This document shows positions 34,380-47,401 of a stretch of DNA of 64,000 nucleotides, in pieces (positions within the stretch are counted from its first letter, which is position 1; each line of letters begins with the position of its first letter). Position numbers and translations under genes: made by a program. Source of the stretch: Selaginella moellendorffii. Lineage: Eukaryota; Plantae; Lycopodiophyta. The notes beneath the pieces were generated by a model, which was not told the DNA's origin, made no database searches, and saw only the letters and a program-made list of their open reading frames with translations. The stretch lies in NCBI RefSeq assembly GCF_000143415.4, contig NW_003314306.1, positions 931,751 through 995,750 on the forward strand, read 5' to 3'.

Positions 34380-35878
34380 ATGCCAGAGGACGATGCATAT
34401 CGATTCGAGGTTACGGGGCCAAAGCGCAAGCATTTCAACTGGTAAAGAATCTCGCCGCCCTAGCATTGCTCTGTTTGAAGCGATTCTTGGCGGGCTGGGT
34501 GTGTGATTTTGGCAGTAGAATCCCGTTTCGATTGATTCCAATCGCCCCCGACAGAATTCTCAGCTACCCTAGGCTTGTCTAGCCTTTCATTTGTCCCATT
34601 TTGGTGTCTCTTTCGTTCACTTGCGTGCTAAGGGCTGATTGATAAGTAGCTAGAGTTCTTTCGATGGCTAGTCTTTAGTGGATTGGCCCTCACTTCTCCA
34701 TTCTTTTCTTTTTTTTGTTGTTTCGCAAAGCTTGCTTGGGCTTGAGTTCATTGTCTACTTTTTTGTTTCATTGCTGCTAAAGACTTGGTCCGGCTAGAGT
34801 TCTCGTCCTTTAAAAGCTTTTTATCTCGAGTCTTCGGGAGTTCTTACCATACATTCTTTCCAGGGATGTTCCGGACGTCAAAAGAGCAATCTTGGCATGC
34901 CTTGTGTCAAGCGTGTACTCACTCCAGCACGACAGATCGAAAAACTACACAGGAACTCCGCAAGCTCTCGCTCCTCCCTGGTGGACGTCCTTCAACTACG
35001 AGCTCCTCGACGTGATCCTCGGCAATGACAAGCTCCGGATCAACGGCGCAGTGTTCGTGTGGAACTACAAAAACCACTGGAAGCCTGCCAGAGCTCCGAT
35101 GGTGGTCCTGGCGCTCAGAGGCACGGACAGCCTAACCAGCGACTACATCGTCGACTTCAAGATCGCCAACCAGGAGCTTTACAAGACAGGCAGGTTCACA
35201 GCCGCGTACAACGCTCTCCGAAACGCCGTCGCATGGCATGGCAAGGACAACGTTTGCATCACGGGGCACTCGCTCGGAGCAGCGGTGGCGCTCTCCGCCG
35301 CTCGGATGATGGCATCGCATGGCCAGTTCGTCGAGGCTCATCTCTTCAATCCGCCATTCTCGTCCTCGACCGCTCCATACAAGTCACTCTTCGGTGCTGA
35401 GACTTACAGCAATCTCCAAGAGGTTTACACCGTTGCAAAGGCCGGGTTCGTCAACTTACTGGTGGATGCCGCAAAGAGAAGGGAGTCCGAGGCAGAGTTT
35501 GCGGCACTTGGAAGCTGGTACCCGGACATGTATGTTCATCCCAGTGATCCGGTATGCTCGGGCTTTCTCGAGCACTTCAAGAACTATCAGTATATGCTAC
35601 AGGGGAAGTACGCGAGATTGGCGATGCCTCACGAATCCATCCGGGGCGTGCTCTGCTCCTCCAAAGCGAAGCCGCATCACCTCATCCCCTCGGCAAGGCT
35701 TCACGTCCCAGCGGATGAAGGCAAAGCTGCGAGTGCTCGAGACGCTCATTCTCTTACACAGTGGTGGTCGGATGGAGCAGTCGTTCAGGTGCAATTTGTC
35801 AACTTGACAGGTCAAGAACACTTGGATCATCCGCTGCAAATCCCGTTTGGGGGGATAAGCTACGAAGCTATGGTGTAG
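34380..35878 (+). CDS. Class-3 lipase / alpha-beta hydrolase (At4g10955-like), copy 1, intact, 2 exons
   Basis: Exon 1 34380-34441 (MPEDDAYRFEVTGPKRKHFNW), intron 34442-34863. Exon 2 has ACLV, LAPPWW, VLALRGT, GHSLG, AHLFNPPF, DPVC and AHSLTQWW. Confidence 0.88.
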
Positions 35879-36349
35879 CACGCGGCTACATATTTTCTCT
35901 GTGCTCAAAGAACCCGAGAAAAAAGTTTTTTATTTTTTCCTGTGCTAGAAGAGAACGCGGCGTGTTTTCGACGTTCAATCTGACTGGAAGAACGTCACAG
36001 GTGGATGTTTACCACGTCATGACTTTACAATGAACACTTTCATTGTCTTGCTCGAGCCAAAGCCTTCAAAGTAAGTTTGCTCGCGTTTGTTTTTGTCAGA
36101 TGGTTAAAGAGAGAACGAGGCCGGATAATGAGGGTTGGCGATTTCAACTAGAGAAGCACAAGCCAGTGAGAAGAAGCTGAGCTTCCCGAAAATGAGATTT
36201 TTTAATCGATGAAGCGTCACTCTGCTTCCATGCTGGGTTTGCTCGAGGACATGGAAGGTAATCTTGTTCCATTATCAGTTCCTTTTGGGGCATCCTTTTT
36301 GCAGTACTATAAGGTGCTTCTCGCCACTCTTCTAGGCATTGCCCTTGTG

Positions 36350-37580
36350 ATGAAGAAACGGAGAAAAGAAGCGCCTGTGTTGCTGCAAGACGACACTTTG
36401 GAGACGGTTCTCAGCTATGTGGACCTGGCCACACTAGCGACCTCATGCTCCGCCGTTTGCAAGTCATGGAACGCCATCATCGGCGATCCATCCTTTCGCC
36501 GCCGCTGGTGCCAAAACAGTGTTGCGGCTTATGACTAGCTCCTTCGGCTACGGCGAGCGTTGCCACGCCTGGGATCCATCACGGCCCCAACGCAGCGTGG
36601 AGTTTCCGTTGCCCCACAAAACGGAAGAATTTCCTAACGCTCAAGTGGTTGCTTCCGCGGGTGGCCTGGTATGCGTCTTCAGGACGCACAGGGGCATGGT
36701 TGATCCTGCTGATGATGTGTTTCACCTGGTGGTGGGGAATCCAGTGACCCAAGAGTGGAGCGAACTACCACCGCTCCATTGGGAGGACAGAGAAAGATGC
36801 ACTTTAGCGGGAGTGATCGACTTTGCCATGTTCGTCGACAAGAATGGCTTCAAAGTCGGTCTGCACTACACCGCTGTCGACTTCTCAGGCCACTGGTGCT
36901 GCATCTACGACTCGGCAACGCGCTCCTGGTCTTCTCTCCCCAAGCTCCCGTTCTCGCCAGCCTACGTCAAAATGAAGGCGCAGCGGCTTTCAGATTACAG
37001 CGTAGACGTGGCACCCCCTGCTGTATTCCCAGGCTTGGACGATTACTTCTACGATCTCACCATCCTGGGATTTTACGACTTTGGCCGCGCCAGGTGGAGC
37101 ACCGGGGAAGTCGTGCGCAGCCTGAGGATTACAACAGGCCTGGAAGACAAGGTTGACCCGGATGGAGAGATCCTGCGCTGCGTTTTGCCGTTCCCGGGAC
37201 TGTGCACCGCGAGGCTGTGGGAGTACAATGGCCAGCGATACTTGGCAAGTGGCTGGGTGTATGCGGGAGGCTACCGCGAGGCAGGGGAGTCCGGAGTTGA
37301 TGGCTATGGCGTGTGGAAGGTTGACGACAAGGGTGGCTTGGTTGCCGTCTCTGCAAAGACCCATAAATCGATCCTTCGTCAAGTGTACGCTGGGCAGCGC
37401 TTTTTCGGAGCGGTTTTCCGTTGTTCTGTTCATGCAGAGGCCAATCTGGTGATCTTTTCAGAGATAGGGATCATGTTTGTTTACGACTTGAGCACAGGGG
37501 ATTGGGGCGGAGTAGGGGGGCACGTAGATGAATATTCAAAAGCAGTGATTTTTCGCCCGTCCCTCAGGGCACCTAGATGA
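36350..37580 (+). pseudogene. F-box/kelch-type (FBA-like) protein, copy 1, frameshifted
   Basis: F-box LQDDTLETVLSYV..AVCKSWNAII..F, then a 14-nt deletion (gccacaaggaatcc, present in copy 2) at ~36521 splits the ORF. Confidence 0.8.
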
Positions 37581-37899
37581 TCCAGAAAGGAGGATGAACG
37601 CCACACAAACAGGTATTGTTAATCCTGAGCTAGTCTGTAAGTTAACGAGACTTTCTGGGCTGGCAGGAACACCTGTTTGGAGCATTAGCGAAGTCTGTCT
37701 ATTATTCAAGAATTATACACATTATGTACATATAAGATTTTGAGATTCTATGTACATAGAAGATTTTGCCTCCCAGAGGATTGCTACTCAACAGTACGGT
37801 AGACAGCAGATAAATATTCATGATGGGGATGAAAGTCTGCTTCCTTGCTTTATCGTCAAGTTCTGTGCTAAAATCACGGGAAAACACGCTCTAGATAAT

Positions 37900-38360
37900 T
37901 ACCTACTTAATAAAGAGAGCATAATCATGCTATGTTGTGAGATACTTGAGGTTCTCGCAAGTGAAGTTTTGAAAGGGATAGCTTTCTCAACGATGCCCAA
38001 ACGATTGCCACTGTTTGCATAACAATCGATTAAAAAGGATGCTAAATGCTATAATGAGAGATGCGACATAAGTTTAAAAATGGCTACAGAGGGCGAGAAA
38101 TATCGGGCCGAAAGTAATCCAGGAGCTCGAAGTATCTTTGAGAGAACACTCTCGAATCCTAGATCAACTATATAACACTAGATAAGAAATGCAGGACGTA
38201 CTTCTGGATCAAAATGGTTGACTCTGGAAAAAATAACTAATATGGTTTGCGTTTGTACATGCAGCGGAAGAGAAATGTTGCCGGTGGATTGAACTTCTCC
38301 AACCCAAAGCATAGCAAGTAGCTGCTGCAGTAGCCAGGAGGAAGAACAATGTTTCATAGA
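37900..38360 (-). pseudogene. 5' fragment of a peptidase S28 (serine carboxypeptidase) gene
   Basis: Homologous to 40820-41350: signal peptide, VNHFDP, YPFQNFT.ENLKYLT. Confidence 0.65.
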
Positions 38361-39368
38361 GAATCTTTCACATTACTTGATGAAAGGAGCTTCGTCCAAG
38401 CTATACTCCTGTTCCTTTTGATTGGCCAGCGACCTTACTTGAGAAATTTCGGACTCTAGCGTCGTTCTTTTGACTTTCCAGATCGAAAGTTCACCAGAAT
38501 TCACCATCGAGCTGTAAAAGAGAAAAAGAGACCAATGGAGAGGTGACTCTCTTGGCTGTTGTTGAGAAACCGAGATACCTCACGAGGTTTTAGTTTGTCA
38601 AAAATTAAGAACGACGACTAGAAGTTAACTTACCAAGCCTTGAACTCTCCACTGAAAGTTCCGAGTCGGCGCCTCGGATGGGCGCGCTACGATCATAACA
38701 CGCGAATTCCAAAGCCTAAAGTCCTTAGCATAAATTTGCTATTCCATTCATTTGATAGATCTCTACTCTATCCCCGTGGACATGACTACAAAATAGATCA
38801 TGGAGCAAGGTAACTTGTAGAGTGTGGATGTTCTTTAGGATCCGAGCAGGAGGAACAGGAGGAGCTTCTCCAGCTCATGAACAGGAGTGTTTCCTCAAGA
38901 AGTTGGTCACGGACAAGCATCTAAGAACGTTCGACTCAACGAGTTTCTCAAACCGGTAAAATAACTCCTTGTGAATCATACATTTCCTCTTCTAACTTAA
39001 AACTGGACACTCGTGTTGGAGATCAAATACATACTTTCATCAGGACTCCATCCGGAAACTTGGGCGTCGTCAAGTTGTGTGGAGACGCCAGGGGAGCCGT
39101 CACGCTACAATGGCGTTCTTCTTGGAGATCCGAGGACAAGGCAAGAGCGAGGGGAACTCCACAAAGCAGCGAAGCAAGAGCGTCTTGCTGCTGGTGGATC
39201 TGCCTGTCGAAATTCATTATGACGACGACAACTAAAACCAAAGCCTTCTTCTCTTCTGTTTCTCTCTTCTTTCATGCTAAAATCTTACATACCACAAGAA
39301 GAACTTCAAAAGCTCAAAGCAGAAATTACGAAAGTTTGTGTTTGCCCTTGCGAAGAGAACGCCATTAA

Positions 39369-41377
39369 CTACGAGGAAAACCACTCCTTCATGTACAAAG
39401 ATATGTAGGTGTGGGCCTTCATTAGCTCCTGGCACCTGGGTGATCCTGAGAGAATCAAAGTTAAACGCAAGGGTGGTCATGTATCAAAGCATTACCAATG
39501 TCTGAACTACAATCCATAGAAAGGTCTTTGCAGTGTGCACAGCTTTCACAAGTTAATACAAAGGAGGGTTCTATGGGAAAAATAAATCATTGTAAATCTC
39601 CTAAGCATAAAAACGCTGCCCTATCATTTTACCTCCTGGAGAAAATGTCGTCTTCGGCGCATGCTGCCACGGATCCTGTGAGCCATTCAGAAAGATAATT
39701 CTCGAACCTGTTATTCAAGATTAGAACAGCACAAGGCAGCATGAAGAAGAAAATATTTTACTAGCAATGTCCCGCCCTCCATAGTTCCAGTTTGCGGCAG
39801 TAACATCTGGAAATGTGTTGGGACCAAACAATACAGCACAAATGTCGATGTAATATCTAACACGTAGCAACATGAAGTCACACTCAAGATGAGAGGGAAA
39901 AGGGAAAACAAACTTACTGGAGATTTATACGTGATGATCGAATGCTGTCGTTGGTAGGGGCAACTTGGAAGTAAGCTAATTCCGTGCAAATTTGGTAATT
40001 CCAGCTCATAGTGTCTTTAGCACTGATATCGTTTGCTTCAGCTTGTCTTCTCAGTTCATATGCATCGTAAAAGTCACTGGAGGAGCTATCTACTCCACCA
40101 ATACGTGCATATGCCATCTGGAAAAACAACGAAGTCGTGACTTGTATAGAACTCATGAAAGAGGAGCAAATTACCAGGAGATCGGTTTTGTTCTGAATGG
40201 CTTCCAAAAGTGGAGGACAGAGCATACCAATAGCACCTAACAAAAAATATAAAGGAAAAAATACAAAGCTCGTTAAATGAAAACTATGTTAGTCTCAAGC
40301 TTTCTACTCACAAAACCAGCGGCAATGTCTGCTACGAGTGACAGGAAATCATCATCTCTGAGCTGTGCGAAGTTCGCAAGTCTTAAGCCTTTGAGAGAAA
40401 CGATTTAGAAAGGACGAAATACCTTTTGTGCAAAAAACACAGATTTAACTGCTGTTGGGTTTGTTACTAGACCTTCTTCAGCCAGCTTTGTGATCTCCTG
40501 TAATGCCTTCTTGCATTCAGGACCAACAGAAATTCCCATCTACATACAAAGAAGGATAAATACAGGAAATCTCAAAGTAAATTTACGTACTTGTTCGTCG
40601 CAAGCACTATATTCCAGCACAGCTTCGACCACTGAGCTTGCCCAGCTTGCAACGACCAAATGCGGAAATTTCAGTCTAAACCAAGCACTCAGGGCACCTG
40701 CGTATGAACCTCCCACAACAATCCATGGATTCTTGCCTTGCTTGTTATATTGTAGATTAATCAAGTTCTGTACCAAAGAACGTTAAGATCACGAGAAAAC
40801 ACGTTCGAGATATTTATCTACCTGATAATATTCGATAAAGAGAGCAATAATCATATAAAGCTTGCTGTGTTGTGAGATACTTGAGGTTCTTGTAAGAGAA
40901 GTTTTGAAAGGGATAGCTTTGTCCGTAATACCGATGCTCAATTGTCACGACTGCCGCTCCTAGTGACTTAGCTAGAGCCTGCTTGCATCAAATTGGATAA
41001 AAGGATGAAACGTTATGATGTGAGACGCTTACTCCTACAGCTGTTCTTTGATATCCGCCGCCGCATGTGGATTCTCCACAGAGGGCGAGAAATATTGGGC
41101 CTTGTTGGGGCTGAAAGTAATCCAGGAACTCGAACTCTCGAATCCTGGATCAATCAAACGCTATAACTACCAGATAAAAAATGCAAGGTCCTACTTCTGG
41201 ATCAAAATGGTTAACTCTTTGCTTCTGGAACAACTGGCTCGTGTTGTTTAAGTTTGCAGATGCAGGAGAAAAGAGACGCTGTTGGTGGATTGAAGTTCTC
41301 CAACCCAAAGCAGAGCATGTAGTTGCTGCAGTAGCCAGGAGAAAGAACACGCATGTCAGCATTAGGAAAAATGCCAT
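39369..41377 (-). pseudogene. Peptidase S28 family (Pro-X carboxypeptidase/EDA2-like) gene, probably frameshifted
   Basis: QRVNHFDP, NLKYLTTQQALYD, PWIVVGGSYAGALSAWFRLKFPHL, WNYQICTELAYFQ, NGSQDPW, CAHCKDL. An extra T at ~40847 (GATTATTGCT versus GATTATGCT in the paralog) shifts the frame. Confidence 0.75.
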
Positions 41378-42041
41378 GATCAAACGAACCTCGGTTTGCT
41401 GATATTTGAAGCAAGCTGCCGGGATGCCGACAATTCCGAAACTATTATTCATGTCAATGATGGAAGCATAGGAGGCAGCAGATTTTGTTGTTTTCTTTTA
41501 GGAATAGAACACAAACGGCTGTCTCATATGTTTTACGGCGAATCTTTTCTATTACTTGACGAATGGAGCTCCGTCCAAGCAACACCCTTGTTTCTTTTGA
41601 TTGACTAGCCACTGTGAGAGAATGTTGATCTAATGTTAAAAAATGATGAATGGTAGGGACCTTACCTGAGAAATATTTGGAGTCTAGTGTCGTCCTGAAG
41701 TTCCAAAGTCACCAGTAATTGCCATCGATCTGTAAAAGAAAAAAAAAAGAGCAAGCTGGAAGAGGTGACTACCTGAGAGAAAGTAAAAATCTTATCAACT
41801 TTTAGTTTGTTTCCTGCGAGGTCAAGACCAAAAATAATAGGATCCATGATAATTTAATAACTAGCTCGTGCGAAGCGCCGCCTCTGGATCGGAAATCTGC
41901 CTCAAATGCTTGGTAAGTTTGATCTGAAACAATCGACGAACCTATGCACCGGATGTAAGCCGAAAGAAGGAAGCACACCGCCATTCCCCTAAACCCTAGC
42001 AATTTGAATGGGGGCGGGAGAAACCAAAGCATCATTTTGTA

Positions 42042-43904
42042 CTACGAGGAAAGCCACTCCATGTACAAAGATATAAATGCGTGGGCCTTCGTTAGCTCTT
42101 GGCACTGATCTAGATCTGAGAATCCAATCCAATGTTAAAAACAGGGTATACAGAAATTATTACTACAGAAGCTATACCAGTTTCTATGGTACATTCTGGC
42201 CAAAGGTCTTGGCAATGTGCGCAGTTATTGCACGTTAATATAAAGAAAGGCTCTGTGAATTCATCTTTGCTTAAAGTCTTCGAAGCAAAACAATAAGTTA
42301 CCATAAGGAGAGAAAGTTTGTTTTGACACGCCATGGATCCTGTGAGCCATTCAGGAAGATAATTCTAGTGCTGCTTGTTTAAGACCAGAATCAAGCTAGC
42401 AAAAGAAAGAACGAATTAATTACCAGAAATATCCCATCCTCCATAGTTCTCTTTTGAAGCTTTGACATCTGGGAATGTCTCGTGGCCAAAACAATTCAGC
42501 ACAGTAGTGGATGAATTACCTGTTAATTGTAAGAAATACATCTAAGGCACATAATTTGAAAGAGTAAAACATGAACAAACTTACTAAGGTCTAGCCGAAT
42601 GCTGTCGTTGGCCGGAGAAACGTGGAAGGCTGCCAATTCTGTGCAAACTTGGTACGCATAGCTCATAGAGTTTATAGCACCGATATCGTTTGCTTCAGCT
42701 CGCCTTTTCAGCTCATTTGCATCGTAAAGTTCAACGGAAGAACGATTCAGGCTCAGAAGATTGGCAAACGCCCTCTATAAAAAAGCAAAAAAATTGACCT
42801 TTATGAAAGAAAAGTTACCAGAAGGTCTGTTTTGTTCTGAACAGCTTCCAGAAGTGGAGCACAAAGGTTGTCAGATCTACCATATTGCACCTAGCATAAA
42901 CAAAATGCTTGTCAACCTTTGTATAAATTCTCACGATGTTTACTTACAAAACCAGCTCCAATGTCTGCTATCAGCGATAGAAGTCATCGCCTTTAAGCTG
43001 TCAAATGTAGTGTTCACAAGTAAACACGAAGGAACTCCAAAGACAATACCTTTTCCTCAGAGAACATGGATTTAACGGGTGCTGAATTTGCTACCAGGCC
43101 TTCTTCGGCCAGCTTTGTAATCTCCTGTAATTCTTTCTTGCATTCGGGACCAGCAGAAACTCCAATCTACAAGAGAAACAAAGAAACATGAGCGAGCTTT
43201 GGCGTGAGTAAACATACTTGCTCGTCATAATCACTGTATTCCAAGATTGTTTGGACCACGGCTGAGCTTCCCAGCTTGCAGCAACCAAGTGCGGGAATTT
43301 CAGTACTACGCACTCAAGGCACCTCCCACAACAATCCATGGATTCTTGTCTTGCTTGTTATATCGTTGAATAATCAAGTTCTGTATAAGAAAACAGAAAT
43401 CACACGGTAAGATCATCATCCACTTAATGCCTGATAGTTGGAATAAAGCTTGCTGCGTCGTGAGATACTTAAGATTCTCATAAGTGAAGTTTTGAAGGGA
43501 GAACCGTCTCCGTAATACTGACGCTCGACAGTCACGATTGCCCCTTCCAATGATTTCACAAGAGTTTTCTAATCAAACACTGATGACAAGAAAGATTGGG
43601 CCTTGCCGAGGCTGAAAGTAGGAGCTCATAGTATTTCTGAGAAAATACTCTCGAATCCTGGATACATCAAGTGTATTACGACAAAAAAATCGGGTTGTAT
43701 AAATAAGCCCACCTCTTGGAACTTTTTGATGCAGGAAGAATGAAATCGTCTCGTTCGTGTTAGTAGATCACCGGAGGAGAACTGGTGTTCGTGAAGTGAA
43801 TTTCTACATGTGTAAAAGGTTATTATTAGTAAAATATCTCCAGCCCGAGTCGCTGCAGCAGCCAAGAAAAAGAAGAAACATGCCAAAACTGGAAAACTCG
43901 CCAT
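42042..43904 (-). pseudogene. Peptidase S28 family pseudogene
   Basis: Paralog of 39369-41377. The catalytic SYAG codons are deleted (PWIVVGG-ALSA*), with an in-frame stop and frameshifts near 43270-43320. Confidence 0.8.
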
Positions 43905-43978
43905 GATCTCACGTCAAAGAATCTACTGATATTTGAAGCAAGCTTGCCGGAAGGACTGCTTTGGAGAAGTTTCCAGTC

Positions 43979-45572
43979 AATGCCGGAAACATAAGAGACA
44001 ACCATTGTTAAGACGAACGGCTGTCTCATATGGTTCATACCGAATCTTTTTCTAGAAGTTGCAATAAACCTTTCGTTGTATACTATGTTTAGGATCTCAT
44101 CCGCGAGTTACAAGAAAGAAAGAGCTGACTTACCATTTATGATACATCACACCATAAGTAATCTACAAAATAATAAAGGTCGAGCTCGAACATTACAAGC
44201 ATACCTGGTAGCTTCTCTTCCGTGAGTAGATCCAAAATCAAGCCAAAGTAACAGCACAGAGAGCAAAGCGTAAGCAGCGAACTAGTATTACTTCGAGCTC
44301 CGATCACAGTTAATTGAACCAAGAGTACGAGATAGAGCAAGTACTAACTCGAGATCAACTTCTCCGTGAAACCGAGTAATCCATGAGCATAGACTCATGC
44401 CTGCCGCCGGAGACACGACGAAGTCTGCCTCGCACTGAAACGGCAGCATTTGCTTGATCCACTCCGCTTCCCGCACCTTTAAGGGGATCCGGCTTGGTTA
44501 CGAGTATGTTCTTGAGCAGGCCCCTCACCTCCCTTGACAGGTAACCGAAGTTGCCATCAAGGCCATAGCATGTCAGCTGGAGATCACTCTTATCCTCCTC
44601 CTGATCCCACAAAAGCCAAGACTTTGTGTCCGCAACTGCTTGCTCCTTGCATTGACATACACGGCAACCACAGGAAGAACTTTCCACTTGGTGAGCTCGG
44701 ATGAGACACCGCCCCTCGTCTTCAGGGACACAACGCAGCAAGTCATCCCCTCAGGAAGAATGAGATCGGCACCACGCATATCGTTTTCCGCTTGATGCCC
44801 GATAGCAAGGCCTCCTGCAAAGTATCTCGCTGCAGTATCCGGGACTTCCCGCACGGCAAAAGAATTGCAGAACAGGGGACCACCACTTTGATCGGATGAA
44901 GGTACCAGCTAAGCATACCGCTTCACTTCTTGAACTTGAGCAGGCTAGCAGCTGGGCGTCGCTGGAAGAGCGACAAACAACCTGTTTTTCATAGTAATAC
45001 GACGTTCATATGTGACGCTACCATCGGGCAGCGAGGACACACCTGCAGGCCTGTTGCAGCAGCAAACAATACCATCCCTGGCTCTCTGTCACCTTGCCTT
45101 CAATGGCGAACTCATTACTGATTCCCATTTCACCCTATCCTATTCTGGCGGCCCGCACAGGCCTTCCATACTTCATCCAGGTTGACGAAGAACTATACTC
45201 CGCAACGCTCAGGCCCGGCTTGAGCATGTCTAGTTGCAAAGTTAGCAAGAAGTAGATCGGAGGCAATAAGCATCTCCCGGTCTTCAAGGCCCTGCTGCTG
45301 TTGTCCTCGTCACTCTTTCTTGGCAAAAACTTCGCGGTTGTCCAGCATGAGCACAAAGTAGGCATTCCACGGAAACAAAACTCTGAGCGCCCCGCGGAGC
45401 TGAGGTTTCGTTCAGACCCCTTGCCTCGTCAAACACGAAAACGGCTCGCCTGTCCTCGCCGCACTTTCTCGGCGAGCTGCTGTTGTCCTCGTCGCTCTTT
45501 CTCGGCAAAAGCTTCGCGGTTGAGTCCAGCGCAAAGCTGGCATTCCACGGAAACAAAACTCTGAGCGGGTTT
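43979..45572. repeat. Left arm of a ~1.6-kb near-perfect inverted duplication (right arm 47402-48996)
   Basis: ORFs recur mirror-wise (e.g. 44573-44854 minus = 48120-48401 plus). Arm ends located by direct reverse-complement comparison. Confidence 0.93.
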
Positions 45573-45985
45573 CGTTCAAACCCCCTGCCTCGTCAAACAC
45601 GAAAACGACTCGAGGATTACATCACGGAACTCTGGTCGTAAATGCGCGGCTGGTGATCACCATCCAAGAGCTGTTGCAACTGCTCCAATGTTTTTCCATG
45701 ATTTCACGCTTATCCTCAATGTGAGTTCTTCCCACTTCTCGCTCACTGCTCGGGCGATGCCAGAATCGCTGCCAGGCAACTGCTTATCCTTCCACTCCAC
45801 GGCCGAAGTTCCTTTCTCCAATTCATGGAGCCAGGCATTCACCAGTAGAACACCATCTCTAGCTCGGTGAAGCTTTGTGTGCCAGGAATTCAGTCTTAAG
45901 TCCTTGGCAGATGAGGAGTCCTTGCCAGGCTGCTGTACACACCTAGCCTGGACATCTCCATGACAGACCTTCGAAGCATTCAGCC
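44690..45985 (-). pseudogene. Degraded P-loop NTPase + restriction-endonuclease-fold gene (Crinkler/CR-effector-like)
   Basis: Fragments across frames: VFVFDEARGL, LLPPIY, KYGRP, MVASHM, GGLAIGHQAENDMRGADLILP..CVVSLK. Includes an internal ~180-bp tandem duplication. Confidence 0.5.
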
Positions 45986-46826
45986 ATCTAAAATAGAGTT
46001 TTAGATTAATTATTTTTAATAAAGTTTTTTAAAAAGTAAATTCTTTTGATATTAATAATTTTGGATTTTTATTAACAATAAATAAGTATTTTTAATAATA
46101 AAGAATAAAGAAAATTAGGAATGCTTGGTTAACATTGTAGCTTTAGGCATTTACATAATATTTTTGCTATGTTTTGTTTTTTTTGTTTGTAAAATTAATA
46201 CAGATTTAAATAAAAATAAGTGTTTAAGTTTATAAATAATAAATTTAAAATTTAAATATTTATAGTTGATTAGTATTTTATTAACTTGAAATCTAAATTC
46301 ACATAATCTTTTAGTTTTTAGGCTTTTGAATAGGCCTAAAAGAAACATAGTTTTCTCTTTTTCAGTGGTATTTTTTAGTCTAAAAACATGTAAACATTAA
46401 CAGAACATAGATTGAGATACTTTAAAATAAATTTTTATTATTGACTCACTCTTAATCACCATTAATCACCATATAGTTACATGGAAATCACCATTCTTTT
46501 ATATTTGAAATTTTTATAGTTTAAAATCATAATATAGTTTACTTTATTAAATTCTTCTATTAAATTTCATAAATTAACATTACAATACTAACCACAGTTT
46601 TATTAACTTTTAATTTTCTTTTCAACCTTAAACTTTTTCTAAAATACTTAAATTAAATATACCAATGTAATTTATAAGCATAATTTATAAACACAATTTT
46701 GTAGTTTCTGTTAGATGATTTATTTAACTAATCATACCAAAAAGAAAAGAAAATAATACATTTTTTTAACTAATATTATGTGTTATTTAAATTTTTTCAC
46801 AATTGTGATTGTTACATCTATTTTAC

Positions 46827-46991
46827 ACTTATTTTTAATTCTTCTATTCACAAAACTAACTAATGATCTTTTTAAATGTAATGAAACTTAGCTATACATA
46901 CATACATATATATGTATGTATATGTATGTATATTCAGTACATTTAAAAAGATCATTAGTTAGTTTTGTGAATAGAAGAATTAAAAATAAGT
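46827..46991. repeat. AT-rich foldback hairpin with 54-bp perfect arms
   Basis: 46827-46880 is the exact reverse complement of 46938-46991. The loop holds self-complementary (TACA)n/(TATG)n. Confidence 0.9.
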
Positions 46992-47401
46992 TGTTAATGT
47001 TCCCACCCAATGTTCCCTAGAACGTTCAAATTTCAGTACACATACTTGTGTAGTGAGAACACCAACTTGGCCAGTCACATATTCGTCATGTGGCACAACT
47101 AAATCACCTAAAAAGAAATGTATGAAAAAATCCATTCGAAAACAAGAAACCAGAAATTAACATTCTGTACGCGCTCTTGCATTAATTAGCTTATTTTAAT
47201 GTTAATTTCTGGTGTGAACAAGTTAGCATTAAATTTAATATTTATTTAATAATTATTTAATCAAAACCCCCTTGATTCCCACCTTCGGAAAATTTCGTAG
47301 TGGATTGTATCTCTAACAAGCCTTTTAAGACTTGGAAGATCCATCTAAAATTAAAATTTGTAAACTTTAATTTAACTATTAAATTTTTAAATGGATCTTC
47401 C

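Larger units (their letters stand above)
23514..37914 (+). repeat. Segmental duplication, copy A (AP2 5' leader, AT-rich block, lipase, F-box); partner at 52981-64000
   Basis: Identity starts at cctctttctcctccaaccaagaacacg (23514 and 52981). The lipase 3' part and F-box align at a constant offset of 26086 to the window end. Confidence 0.85.

Noticed and set aside
34380-35878. EDS1/PAD4-type immune lipase
   Set aside because: No EP domain; length and motifs fit the stand-alone At4g10955-like class-3 lipases.
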